Assembly: GCA_902766445.1 (NCBI GenBank)
Contig: CACXDP010000262.1
Location: 1 to 17,683, forward strand
Direction of reading: 5' to 3'
Length of the DNA: 17,683 bases
Source: an uncultured Coriobacteriaceae bacterium
GTDB taxonomy: Bacteria > Actinomycetota > Coriobacteriia > Coriobacteriales > Atopobiaceae
The notes under the pieces were generated by a model that was not told the origin of the DNA, did not search any database, and saw nothing but the letters and a program-made list of their open reading frames with translations. This document shows positions 1 through 8,710 of the stretch, piece by piece. Position 1 is the stretch's first letter; every line of letters begins with the position of its first letter. The position numbers and the translations under genes were made by a program.

Positions 1-66
1 ATCGCGCCAGAGCGCATCCGCACCTACGGCATCGCCTTCCGAGGCAAGGAGGTGCTGGTGGGGTGA
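1..66 (+). CDS. 3' end of an unidentified plus-strand CDS entering from upstream of the window (translation ...IAPERIRTYGIAFRGKEVLVG*)
   Basis: Frame 1 is open from base 1 to a TGA at 64-66. 19 of 21 codons end in G/C, matching the high-GC3 coding style of the rest of the window. The fragment is too short to assign a family. Confidence 0.3.
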   Translation: MAPERIRTYGIAFRGKEVLVG

Positions 67-261
67 CGACGTTGCCCCATGTAGTGGCATGTGCCTTTGC
101 GCTTGGCGAGACTCTATCTGGTGGAAATCGGCTGTAGTTGGTTGCTCTGACGGAATTGGCCTTGCTGTGTAATTCCGACCCGCTGGAAGCACAATACCAC
201 CAGACTCTACTCCACCGAGTGCGGAGTCTACAGATTGGCTTTTCCCTGGAACGGGTGGCCG

Positions 262-278
262 AAAAAGGGTGACCCTTT
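262..278 (-). terminator. Weak candidate intrinsic terminator downstream of the LPXTG gene (minus-strand transcript AAAGGG-UCA-CCCUUUUU)
   Basis: A 6-bp stem (aaaggg / cccttt) with a 3-nt loop is followed by TT on the minus strand, about 115 nt downstream of the stop codon at 393-395. The stem is short, so confidence is low. Confidence 0.2.
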
Positions 279-392
279 GCAAGCGCTTTCCCGAGGCCCC
301 CCACAAACGCGGGGACCGCCGCAAGGCTTTTGCCCCGCGACGGTCCCGTAATTCGTCAGCCGTGATGGCTGGCCGCTATGTTGGCGATATGG

Positions 393-2096
393 TTACTCGG
401 CCATCGTACGACGGCGAACAACCAGCGTCACAGCTGCGCCGACTACGAGCGCACCGCCAACTACGTAGAAGATGATGGTACCAATGCCACCGGTAGAGGG
501 AAGCTCGACGCCCTGAGTGTTCTTAATCTTACCGCTGTTCGCATCCGTACCGACAACAGTGTCGCCAGCGGTAACCGCGGTCATGTCCTGCTCAGCATCG
601 TTTGTAATCGTGTAGCTCGCAGTCTCTACATTGTCAATGATAATCTTGTAAGAATCCAAGCTATCCGTCTTATAGGTGACTTCAATATCCTCAATTGTTT
701 CCGTAACCGTCTTCTCAGACACTACAGTTGTAATCTCGATAGTGTGCGTGTTGGGATCCTTGATGTAGCCATCAGGAGCACTAATCTCCTTCAGATAGTA
801 CTTGCCTGCGTCCAAGCCCTTAATTTTGAGCTTACCGTTTTCATCAGTGGTAATTGGGTTATGGAAGTTGTCGTTGGAGTACTCCTCGGTGCAGTCCTCA
901 TTCTTGTAGAGCTTGAAGATCGCACCCTGCAGTGCACCATATTTTTGTCCGCTATCGACCGTTACAACCTTGGTGATTTCGTTGCCGTTCGCGTCGAGAC
1001 CCACCTTGACAACTTCGGTCGTCTCGTAATTGGTGCCACCGAACAAGTCGCCATTGATATCGAAGGTGTAGTGGTTGGTCTTATCCTTCAGAACTCCATG
1101 GCCTGTGTTATCCGTCGGGCTATTGGAGTAATTGACGGTAATCGTGTTGTCTTCCTGATTAACGTTGGTGGCAGCTGCGCTGGTAACCTTTGCTCTGTAG
1201 GTAATCTCAACCTCTGTTGCCGTCGTGCAGGTAGTTAGGTAATCAGCAGCAAAGGCAAGAGTGAAGCCCGTCTTGCCAGTCTCGGTCACTGTGTACTTAC
1301 CCGTCGCGTTCGTGGGTTTGACAAGTGTCTCGGAATCTGCAACCAGTTCCAGTCCGGTGGACAGTGCGTCGGTCACTTTGAAGACAGGGTTGGTATAGTT
1401 GGAGGCGAATCCCGGAATCGTAGTCTTAACGGTGAAGGTAACCTCGTCGCCTACCGCTACGGTCTCCTCATCGTTCGTATCAACGGTTGTGGCATCTTTC
1501 GCGGTCTTTTCTACGTCAATCTCGCTCTTCTTGGCGATAGCTTCATCACTATAGGAAAGCTCGGTATCCACATTCCAAGTGTTCTTGTTCGTATCACCCT
1601 GATAGTAGTCTGCGGCAACAAACACGGGGTTGTAGGTGTACCCAGTGCCACCAGGTGTGATGATGGCGATGTACAGGCCAGCTTCCGGAGTAGCCTGCTC
1701 CACTTTGTTGTTCGCCGCGGTTAATTCACCATACTTAACGTCTGCACTCTCAGCTAGATCGCCAAGCTTACCGGCAATAGTAGAAGAGATGGCACCGGGG
1801 GTAGTTGCTGTTCCGACCACGGCGGCGAGTTCGTCATCCGTCAAAGAAGTAAAGCCGGTCGCCCGCTTCCAGCCGTCTTCCCACTTTAGGACTTTATAGA
1901 AGTTCACTTTGTCGCCATTCTGCAGGCCGGTAATGGAAATCATGTCATCCAGCGTAAGGTTTCCAGTGGGTGTAGTAGTCGCGGCAGGTGTGTCGCCGCC
2001 TGCTGCGGGTTCATTGGTCGCTAGTGCTGGCACGGCCAGCGTGACCGCCATGATGGCAGCAACAACAAACGCGAACAGCCTTCTTGTTTGTTTCAT
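393..2096 (-). CDS. LPXTG-anchored cell-wall surface protein, pilin/Cna-B-like (putative sortase-dependent fimbrial subunit)
   Basis: There is an N-terminal signal peptide MKQTRRLFAFVVAAIMAVTLAVPALA. The C-terminal sorting signal is LPSTGG, a hydrophobic stretch (GIGTIIFYVVGGALVVGAAVTLVV), then RRRTMAE. An E-box-like motif YYLKEISAPDGY lies near the C-terminus. The protein is Thr/Asn/Val-rich with beta-sandwich-type composition. An RBS (AAAGGGG) sits 6 nt upstream of the ATG. The gene's GC content is visibly lower than that of its neighbours. Confidence 0.85.
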   Translation of the reverse strand: MKQTRRLFAFVVAAIMAVTLAVPALATNEPAAGGDTPAATTTPTGNLTLDDMISITGLQNGDKVNFYKVLKWEDGWKRATGFTSLTDDELAAVVGTATTPGAISSTIAGKLGDLAESADVKYGELTAANNKVEQATPEAGLYIAIITPGGTGYTYNPVFVAADYYQGDTNKNTWNVDTELSYSDEAIAKKSEIDVEKTAKDATTVDTNDEETVAVGDEVTFTVKTTIPGFASNYTNPVFKVTDALSTGLELVADSETLVKPTNATGKYTVTETGKTGFTLAFAADYLTTCTTATEVEITYRAKVTSAAATNVNQEDNTITVNYSNSPTDNTGHGVLKDKTNHYTFDINGDLFGGTNYETTEVVKVGLDANGNEITKVVTVDSGQKYGALQGAIFKLYKNEDCTEEYSNDNFHNPITTDENGKLKIKGLDAGKYYLKEISAPDGYIKDPNTHTIEITTVVSEKTVTETIEDIEVTYKTDSLDSYKIIIDNVETASYTITNDAEQDMTAVTAGDTVVGTDANSGKIKNTQGVELPSTGGIGTIIFYVVGGALVVGAAVTLVVRRRTMAE

Positions 2097-2387
2097 TCTT
2101 GCCCCTTTCTTACTTATTAACGTTGGTTGCAGTTTTATCGAACCGTGTTGGAGTTCTCACTCCTTTGGACTTCGTGCTCGACACGCCCGAAGCTTTGGTG
2201 TGGTAGCTCTACCCTCCCTTCATTTCGTGTCGTCGACCGAAGTCCGACCAATGAGAGATAAGGTGCGCCCAACTAAAACATTCCGATTCTATATCACGCA
2301 CCCCCTCTCCGGACTGCTGTCGTTCCCATTTTTGCGATTTCTCACGCAAAATAAACCACTGAATATTATGCCACACACAAAGCGCTA

Positions 2388-2416
2388 GTTATACTTAAAA
2401 TTTGACATGTATCCAA
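2388..2416 (-). promoter_or_regulatory. Candidate sigma70-like promoter for the LPXTG gene (minus strand -35 TTGGAT, 17-nt spacer, -10 TATAAC)
   Basis: The -10 corresponds to plus-strand gttata at 2388-2393 and the -35 to plus-strand atccaa at 2411-2416. Both lie in the only AT-rich patch of the 376-bp intergenic region. This predicts a leader of about 285 nt. Confidence 0.25.
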
Positions 2417-2472
2417 AATTCGGTTGAAAAATCCACGCGAATGGATAATTTATGATTCTTGGTACTACCTCA

Positions 2473-2979
2473 TCAGATGCCCTGTGCACGACGGAGTTTT
2501 CGCAGCTCCGCACGCTTGCGTGATGCCTCGCATTCGGCATGCTCCTCGGGGGTGCACGCCACGAGCCCCCACGGTACCGGCGTCGGCCTGCCATTCTCGT
2601 CAATGCACACCTCTGTGAGATAGGCATGGTTGATCATGCGCCTCTCCCCCGTGCAAGTGTCCTCCACATATGTGTCCGCGCGTACCTCCATCGATGTGCG
2701 CTCCACGTGCGTCACCCACGCCTCAATGGTCACGATGTCATTGAGAAAAGCTGGGTACTTGAACTCGAGCGTGTCAACGGCCACCGTCGTGATGGCACAT
2801 CCGGCGTGACGGCGCGCTGCGATGCCCGCTGCGTCGTCAATCCACTCCATGAGTCGCCCGCCAAAGAGGCGGTCGGCACCATTCATGTCCTCGTGACGCA
2901 GTATACGCGTGGCGATGGTGAGCGAACTCCCGACCTTCTTGACCCCCAGTGGATACTCACGTCCATTGTCGTCCTTCAT
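2473..2979 (-). CDS. Acyl-CoA thioester hydrolase, YciA-like hotdog-fold thioesterase
   Basis: The protein matches the YciA/4HBT pattern: ...LTIATRILRHEDMNGADRLFGGRLMEWIDDAAGIAARRHAGCAITTVAVDTLEFKYP... An RBS (GAAGGGAGGGGA) lies immediately upstream of the ATG at 2977-2979. Confidence 0.8.
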   Translation of the reverse strand: MKDDNGREYPLGVKKVGSSLTIATRILRHEDMNGADRLFGGRLMEWIDDAAGIAARRHAGCAITTVAVDTLEFKYPAFLNDIVTIEAWVTHVERTSMEVRADTYVEDTCTGERRMINHAYLTEVCIDENGRPTPVPWGLVACTPEEHAECEASRKRAELRKLRRAQGI

Positions 2980-3048
2980 TCCCCTCCCTTCATCGTTCTC
3001 CGCCGATCAAGCGCTCTCGTCCGCTCTGTGAAGAGCAATCCGAGGCCC

Positions 3049-3690
3049 CTACTCTGTGCCCACGACCACGCCAAGCATACCCACCAGGTCAATCGCTTGT
3101 TCCGGTGCGATCAGCATGCCACGAAGCTCGGTCCTCGTGTCGCTCACCGCGATGCCCGCGATGTTGCATGTGCTGAGGTCGAGCCCCTTGAGAGAGGTGC
3201 GAAAGAAATCCGCTTGCGTGAGATCGCACCCCTCAAACCGTGTGCGTTTTCTTATACCCATCTCGCTCAAGAACGTCTCACGAAAATCGCAATCCGTAAA
3301 ACTTGTTCCCTCAAAGGTAGCCTCACCGAAGTTCGCGTAGCGGCACATGCAGCTCATAAGCCGCGACGTGCGCCAGAACGACTTCGTGAGCTGCGCCCCC
3401 TCAAGCTTGCAGTTTGCAAACCGCGTGCGCGAGAAATACGCTTCCTCGAGCCGTGCTCCGCTGAGGTCACAGTCAACCAGCGTGCAGTCGTAGAAACTCG
3501 CCTTGGCTCCACGCAACCCGCGTAGAATGCAATGCTCGAGTCTCACGTGATGAAACTCATAAAACCCCAGGTCAAGCGTATCGTCGAGCTCCTCGCCCTG
3601 CGCCACCACACCCTCCACGTAGGGGTCTGCCTCATCGCATGCTCGCGCGATTGCCGACGCCAGCTCTCCTGCGCCCTCAACACCTGCCAT
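3049..3690 (-). CDS. Pentapeptide-repeat protein, Qnr/MfpA-like topology
   Basis: Tandem A(D/N)LXX-type pentapeptides run through most of the protein (CDLSGARLEEAYFSRTRFANCKLEGAQL...FEGTSFTDCDFRETFLSE...FEGCDLTQADFFRTSLKGLDLSTCNIAGIAVSDTRTELRGM). The C-terminal tail ...AIDLVGMLGVVVG resembles the Qnr C-terminus ...LLMERLGIAVIG. The start lies 5 nt after the stop of the upstream gene. Confidence 0.8.
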   Translation of the reverse strand: MAGVEGAGELASAIARACDEADPYVEGVVAQGEELDDTLDLGFYEFHHVRLEHCILRGLRGAKASFYDCTLVDCDLSGARLEEAYFSRTRFANCKLEGAQLTKSFWRTSRLMSCMCRYANFGEATFEGTSFTDCDFRETFLSEMGIRKRTRFEGCDLTQADFFRTSLKGLDLSTCNIAGIAVSDTRTELRGMLIAPEQAIDLVGMLGVVVGTE

Positions 3691-3695
3691 GTCGC

Positions 3696-4676
3696 CTACC
3701 CGAACTTCTGCTTGAGCTCGGCGAAACTCACACGACTGTCCATCTCGCGTATAGCCACACGTCCTTCGAGCACGGCAAAGAGGAACGCCGCGATATGCTC
3801 GATGGTGAGGTCAGCCGACTGACTACCGTCAGCCTTGTTAAGCGCGTATGTCCGCAGGAGCTGGGTGCTCAGCGCCCCTGCCGATATCAGGAAATGGTTC
3901 TCCAGCTTTGTCGGGTCCGCGAGATCCGAGGCTAGGACGCGCGTCGCCACCGAATAACTGTTTACCAATATATTGGTACCATCGTCATCCACAAGCACGG
4001 TCCGCTGCGCATCAGCATCGAGGTCCATGCGGATGCGTCCGCTCTCGGGCGACTCCTCTTCGCCCTTGTAGAGCACGCCGAGGTCAGCCAAGGCAAGGCA
4101 ATGGAGCTCCGCCCCAGGCAGCACCCGCATCGGCTCCACCGAGAAGGCCGTGGGATACAGCAGGTAGTTCACATCATTAAGCTCCGTCTCTGGAGCATGG
4201 AAGGTGCCCACCATCACATGCGACAGATACAGCCTCCTCGACGCAAAGACGCCACCGAGCACAACGCAGCTCTCGAGCTCGACATCCGCCCCGTAGATGC
4301 TGCCTCCCACGTAGCAGTTCTTGAGGCGCACTGACGTGGCATTGATGTCAGCCCCAAAGAGCACACGCCCGTTGGCAACAAACGCCGACACGGTGTCAGC
4401 GCTCGCCACCGCCTTGCGAAACGTGATGGGCTTCGTTGCGTCGGTCTTTACGTGCAGTTCTTTGTTTACGTAGACGGCATTCTTGAACTCGGTGGGTCCA
4501 TCGTCGATCTCGAGCGCCTCCGCGTACACGCCGCCTTCGACCATCACGTTACCGCGCACGCTGACCGATCGCGACAGCTCGCTCGCACGCTCGGGTAGGA
4601 TGCCACCGCGCACGACGCAGTCAGCGAGCCCCACCAAGTTGTCGGTGCCGACCTGCACCTCTTTGAGCTTTGCCAT
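3696..4676 (-). CDS. Beta-helix-type repeat protein, bactofilin-like (function unknown)
   Basis: The start is revised to the ATG at 4674-4676 (MAKLKEVQV...), which is preceded by GAGGAG. The ORF-track start at 4730 lacks an RBS. The protein has repetitive V.G.V/i.G short-strand periodicity (VRGNVMVEGGVYAEALEI...VANGRVLFGADINATSVRLKNCYVGGSIYGADVELESCVVLGGVFAS) typical of beta-helical or bactofilin folds. There are no enzymatic motifs. Confidence 0.6.
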   Translation of the reverse strand: MAKLKEVQVGTDNLVGLADCVVRGGILPERASELSRSVSVRGNVMVEGGVYAEALEIDDGPTEFKNAVYVNKELHVKTDATKPITFRKAVASADTVSAFVANGRVLFGADINATSVRLKNCYVGGSIYGADVELESCVVLGGVFASRRLYLSHVMVGTFHAPETELNDVNYLLYPTAFSVEPMRVLPGAELHCLALADLGVLYKGEEESPESGRIRMDLDADAQRTVLVDDDGTNILVNSYSVATRVLASDLADPTKLENHFLISAGALSTQLLRTYALNKADGSQSADLTIEHIAAFLFAVLEGRVAIREMDSRVSFAELKQKFG

Positions 4677-4744
4677 GCCACTCCTCTCACTTTCTCGACG
4701 GGCCTGCCCCTGAACTCGGCGGAATATCAAAGCCGAAGCCGAGC

Positions 4745-5761
4745 CTACCCAGCAGCGTAAAGCTGCCCAATCAACGCCGCGACCCGTTCGTCACCCCCAC
4801 CGGCAGCATAGTCCGCAAGCCGCCTCTGAAAGCCTTGATCCACTTCAGCCTTATCTGTCTGCGCCGAACGCTGCCACTGCGCATCGGGTATGTGTGCCAC
4901 ACGAGCAGCCACACCTTCGGTAAGCACGCCACCCTGTCCATCTGACACCTCGTACACCCTCGTGTGCGGTTCTCCCCCGGCAAGGTCGCGCTCGCGCGCC
5001 ACGATGACCGGAACAAACACGATCCCTCCGCTAGGATCGTCCACCATGATGCCATCGACTGCCTCCGCATAGTCGCCCAAGTAGCCACAGACCTCGGCAA
5101 GACTTTCCAGCGACTCGGCAGCTCGACGCTTTGCTTGCGCGCACTGGAGCTTGAGCTGAGCTGTGCTCGTCTCCTCGCCCTCCGTTAGCGTCCGAGCCGC
5201 CTCGCGCACATAGGGTCCTGTCACCACATCCCGCATGGCATGCAGGGCGATGTTGTGCGCAGAACGGTCCAGCTCGCACACCCTACGCTCGAGCTCGTCG
5301 TCCAACCTTCCAAAGATGCGCAGGTAACGGGCCCTAATCGCAGCGTAGTCAGAAGCCATCTGACGATGTACCTGCTCTACCTGCTGTGCCTCATGCGCAA
5401 GCAATCCCGCACTCGAGCGCATGCTACTCGAGAACTCCGAAACGCTCGTCGACATCTCGCTGGCGAGCACTCGAAAGAACCCATGTGTCGCGGATTGCGA
5501 TATCTCCTCCCCAGCGCGCATCACCTCGGCGACCTGAGCTGCCTCCATGGCCGTGAGGGCACCGGTCACCACACCAAGCGCGGCGTTCGTCCCTGCCACA
5601 CTCCGGTCGAAGTCATCGGTGTCGACATGGATGTGAATGTGCACCGGTACGTCACCGGAATAATGCACTGTCTGCGTCCCGCCGTGCTCACTGGCGGGGT
5701 AGGACACCGTCTTTGAGCCGCTGTAGTGGATCGTCTCTGAGTACGACTCCGTGTAGCTCAC
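4745..5761 (-). CDS. Uncharacterized coiled-coil protein, paralogue 2 of a tandem pair, with a His/Tyr/Ser-rich N-terminal extension
   Basis: The GTG start overlaps the upstream stop (GTGA). The protein is homologous along its length to the upstream 303-aa protein. Matching blocks are VDTDDFDRSV..ALGVVTGALTAMEAAQV, IRARYLRIFGRLDDELERRVCELDR, VFVPVIVARERD and a DERVAALIGQLYAAG tail. The N-terminus MSYTESYSETIHYSGSKTVSYPASEHGGTQTVHYSGDVPVHIHIHV is unique to this copy. Confidence 0.7.
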   Translation of the reverse strand: MSYTESYSETIHYSGSKTVSYPASEHGGTQTVHYSGDVPVHIHIHVDTDDFDRSVAGTNAALGVVTGALTAMEAAQVAEVMRAGEEISQSATHGFFRVLASEMSTSVSEFSSSMRSSAGLLAHEAQQVEQVHRQMASDYAAIRARYLRIFGRLDDELERRVCELDRSAHNIALHAMRDVVTGPYVREAARTLTEGEETSTAQLKLQCAQAKRRAAESLESLAEVCGYLGDYAEAVDGIMVDDPSGGIVFVPVIVARERDLAGGEPHTRVYEVSDGQGGVLTEGVAARVAHIPDAQWQRSAQTDKAEVDQGFQRRLADYAAGGGDERVAALIGQLYAAG

Positions 5762-6669
5762 CTGCCGCCACCCCCTACGCCCGCGTCAAAGAGGCCCTGC
5801 ATGGTCTGTGCCACACGTTCGTCCACACCGCTCGTCGCCAACTTGCGCGCAAACGAAGCGCGCACCGATGCGACCTCCTGTCCGTTTGCGCCTCGCAGGT
5901 CCTGCTGCCGACGACGTACACTCTGGGCAACGCTCGCTTGCGTCTGCGGCGAAAGAAACTCGGGGGTGTGAACCTCAAACGCATAGTTGTCCGGCGTGAC
6001 CTGATTCTCCGTCACGGCGTAGACCACAGGAACGAAGCTCACCGATTCTCCCGCCGTATGCCGCTCAAAGACGTTCCTGGTCGTGCGACCATAGTCCATG
6101 ATGCTGCGGGCCCCTTGACCCAGCTCGCTCAACGAGTCTTCCACGCGCGCCTTCGTCCTTGCGCACGACGCCTTGAGTGCAACGACAGACGTGTCACTCG
6201 CATAGAAGAGCGCCGCAGGGGCTTCTTGGCACCGACGCGCCGCGAGCACGCTCTGCCGCGCGGAGGCGAGTTCCATGGCAGGGCGATCGAGATCCTCGAT
6301 GCGCTTCCTGAGGCTGCGATCAAGACGGTCGAAGAGCTTGAGATAGCGGGCCTTTATTCGGTTGAAGTCGCCAAGCATCTGCTGGTGCGTGTGGTCGATG
6401 GCCTGGGAGGTTTCCATCATCGAGCCACTCCGGCTGCTCATGGTACTCGTGAACTTGGCAACCCGCTGGCTCAGGCGTGTGCGCATGAGCAGGTAGAAGC
6501 CCCCGTCGATGCTCTGGCAGATCTTTTCCGTCGCCTTGCGCTCCGAGGCGATGACTGCCGCTTCCATAGCCGAGACAGCCGTCCCCACGACGGCGACGTT
6601 GCTGCTCACGTCATCCAAGCTGCGCGCCATCGGCCGCGTGTCGACGTTGAAGTTAAACGTAGCCATCAT
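5758..6669 (-). CDS. Uncharacterized coiled-coil protein, paralogue 1 of a tandem pair
   Basis: The ATG start overlaps the upstream stop (ATGA). It shares blocks with the downstream paralogue: FNVDTRPMARSLDDVSSNVAVVGTAVSAMEAAVIASE, IKARYLKLFDRLDRSLRKRIEDLDR, VSFVPVVYAVTENQ and DERVAQTMQGLFDAG. I do not recognise a known family. Confidence 0.7.
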   Translation of the reverse strand: MMATFNFNVDTRPMARSLDDVSSNVAVVGTAVSAMEAAVIASERKATEKICQSIDGGFYLLMRTRLSQRVAKFTSTMSSRSGSMMETSQAIDHTHQQMLGDFNRIKARYLKLFDRLDRSLRKRIEDLDRPAMELASARQSVLAARRCQEAPAALFYASDTSVVALKASCARTKARVEDSLSELGQGARSIMDYGRTTRNVFERHTAGESVSFVPVVYAVTENQVTPDNYAFEVHTPEFLSPQTQASVAQSVRRRQQDLRGANGQEVASVRASFARKLATSGVDERVAQTMQGLFDAGVGGGGR

Positions 6670-8618
6670 GCACCAGCCCTCTGGCCATACCCTTGGCCGG
6701 ACTCATCCATGAGCGCACGAATCTCATTCTCAGCCCGTGCGCTGAGGTTGATAGCGAAGTCGCGATCGAGGTCTTCGGACACGTTTGGCTCAGGCGGGAT
6801 GTCACCATGCTGCGCCAGATACGCCCCCACCGTCGCGAGCCTTCGCCGACGTGCATCGAGTTCACGCACTGCCGCAATGGCGCGTGCATTCTCGCGAGCT
6901 TGATAGTCACGCAAGGAGGCCTCGTAATACTCCACGTGTCCAAACTGCTCCGCGCACTGGTCGATGTCTGCGCGAATGCCCTCCATGAATTGCGTGAACT
7001 CCTCCTGCTTCGCCCGGGCTTGGTTGGTCTGGAGCTGGAACCCGGCGATGACCTCGGCTTGGTTCTTGGCCTCGGCGACTTCAGCATCCTCCAGATTTCC
7101 CGTCGCCTTCATGCTCTTGAACGCGGCGCTCTGCTGCTCGTAGTTGATGTGAGCCTCCACGAACTCAGCGTAGGCCTCGTTCATGCGTTGGATGAGCTCG
7201 TTGGCCTCCGCGCGATTGCGGCCAAAGAAGTCGTCAGTGTCGCGATGCCACTGATTGAGATAGTCCGTCTTTTGGTTCGCGATGTCGCTATAGATGCGTA
7301 GGCGCTCGGTGCGATGCTCCTCCATGAGGTTTGCAATCACGGGCATGAGCACCTCGGCGTCCACCTGATGCATCCCGAAGGGCAGGGCCGTGCGGGCGCC
7401 GTTGTCGGCCACCCAGGCGTCAGCAAAGATGTCATAGCGCACGCGCGAGCTTTCCTTGAGCGAGAAGGGCCGCCACTCGCTCGCCTCGTCGGAGTAGTTG
7501 AAGGTTGCCTCGCGGATTCGCTCGATCTCGGCCGCTTCCAGCGCGGGTGAATACTGATTGTAGGAAGCTTTGAGGACATTCTGCAAGATGTGGGAGGTAT
7601 ACCCGACGAGCTGCGACATGCTCGCCGTGCGCGAGCGCGACACGAGGTCGACGCCCTGTGCAAGCTGACGCATCACATTGCAGAAGAAGCCCACGTCACC
7701 GCTACCGTCTTGGGCAGATTGCGCGTTAAGCTTACCCATCGAGGAGAACTCCTCGACCTTGCGCTGAGCATCGCGCGTGTCAAAAACGGGAATGATAGGA
7801 TGACCCTGCGGATCGCTCGTGCCGTATTCAGCGAGCAGGCGGTAGCGCTCACTGCCGGGTGGAACAACGGGCATGCTCAGCGAGACCCTGCGGTTGTCGC
7901 CAATCAGATAGCTCAGCTCGCGGACCTTACGGTCAACCGTACCCATGTAGTCATGCAGCGTGACGTCTTGAAGCGAGGTGGAATAGTCCGAGGTGTCCAC
8001 GACCTCTACCACATCGTTTGATTCGACGCCTGGCATGGCCTGCATCTGACTGGCAAGACCATCCATGGCGTTCTTTAGCTCGTCGGGCTGGTTGATAAGG
8101 GTGAGCGTGAAGTCCGTCTCTGGCTGATCACCGGTGAAGTCCACCACGTAACTCTTGTCCCCCATGCCTACACGTCGCGCCACGGGAACGTAGGCAACAC
8201 CGATGCGGTCAACGCGATAGTCACGACGGATGCCTTGCCATTCCTCCTGCAGCTGAGCCAGACGCTGGTCGCATTCGAGGACCTTGGCCGTTTCGGCCTT
8301 TTGGGTGGCATACTGCCTGTAAGCGATGATCGCACCAGCAGCGAGGGCAACAATCGCAAGGATAGGAACGCCGGCGATCAGAGTTACCAGCGCGCATGCA
8401 CACCCCACGACAGCAGCGATGATGACCTGCTTACCGGTCGCATCAGCCTTGGCTGTCGCCTCCTGGCGCTGCTCGCCCACAGAGGCAATCTCCTGCTCGA
8501 TGCGCGTCTCTTCGGCCACTATTCTTTCTGCCGCCTGGCGATAGTAATCAAAGAGTATCTGAGCTTGGTCCTCGTAGATGTCGGACGATTCCTCGAATAC
8601 CCTGCCCGTTGTCGTCAT
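6666..8618 (-). CDS. Large uncharacterized protein (650 aa) with an N-proximal transmembrane hairpin and a long cytoplasmic or extracytoplasmic domain
   Basis: An RBS (GAGAGGAG) lies 7 nt upstream of the ATG at 8616-8618. A hydrophobic segment VIIAAVVGCACALVTLIAGVPILAIVALAAGAIIAY of about 38 aa gives two TM helices. It is flanked by charged coiled-coil-like sequence. There are no P-loop or other catalytic motifs. The C-terminal third is Glu/Ala/Gln/Arg-rich helical sequence. Confidence 0.75.
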   Translation of the reverse strand: MTTTGRVFEESSDIYEDQAQILFDYYRQAAERIVAEETRIEQEIASVGEQRQEATAKADATGKQVIIAAVVGCACALVTLIAGVPILAIVALAAGAIIAYRQYATQKAETAKVLECDQRLAQLQEEWQGIRRDYRVDRIGVAYVPVARRVGMGDKSYVVDFTGDQPETDFTLTLINQPDELKNAMDGLASQMQAMPGVESNDVVEVVDTSDYSTSLQDVTLHDYMGTVDRKVRELSYLIGDNRRVSLSMPVVPPGSERYRLLAEYGTSDPQGHPIIPVFDTRDAQRKVEEFSSMGKLNAQSAQDGSGDVGFFCNVMRQLAQGVDLVSRSRTASMSQLVGYTSHILQNVLKASYNQYSPALEAAEIERIREATFNYSDEASEWRPFSLKESSRVRYDIFADAWVADNGARTALPFGMHQVDAEVLMPVIANLMEEHRTERLRIYSDIANQKTDYLNQWHRDTDDFFGRNRAEANELIQRMNEAYAEFVEAHINYEQQSAAFKSMKATGNLEDAEVAEAKNQAEVIAGFQLQTNQARAKQEEFTQFMEGIRADIDQCAEQFGHVEYYEASLRDYQARENARAIAAVRELDARRRRLATVGAYLAQHGDIPPEPNVSEDLDRDFAINLSARAENEIRALMDESGQGYGQRAGA

Positions 8619-8710
8619 TGCCCACTCCTCTCGTTACGATCGCATCAGCGGGATCATCATATGCCGCTCGTCCCAGCTTTGACCCCTTCGCACCCACTGC
8701 GGCCATCCCG

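Noticed and set aside
269-475. 68-aa plus-strand ORF downstream of the LPXTG gene
   Set aside because: It overlaps the 3' end of the minus-strand pilin CDS. It has no RBS and an Arg-rich junk translation.
378-1238. 286-aa plus-strand ORF antisense to the LPXTG gene
   Set aside because: It is fully embedded opposite a well-supported minus-strand CDS with signal peptide and LPXTG motif. It has no RBS and no recognisable domain. It is a typical shadow ORF.
2403-2408. Perfect TTGACA hexamer on the plus strand in the AT-rich patch
   Set aside because: There is no acceptable -10 at 16-18 nt spacing and no plus-strand gene downstream. The minus-strand promoter reading of the same patch fits the gene layout better.
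2539-3525. 328-aa plus-strand ORF spanning the thioesterase and pentapeptide genes
   Set aside because: It runs antisense across two independently supported minus-strand genes and their intergenic region. Its translation is Arg/His/Pro-rich low-information sequence typical of high-GC antisense frames.
5713-6903. 396-aa plus-strand ORF antisense to paralogue 1 and the 650-aa gene
   Set aside because: It crosses an ATGA-coupled gene junction on the opposite strand. Its Arg/Ala/Ser-rich composition is that of a shadow ORF.
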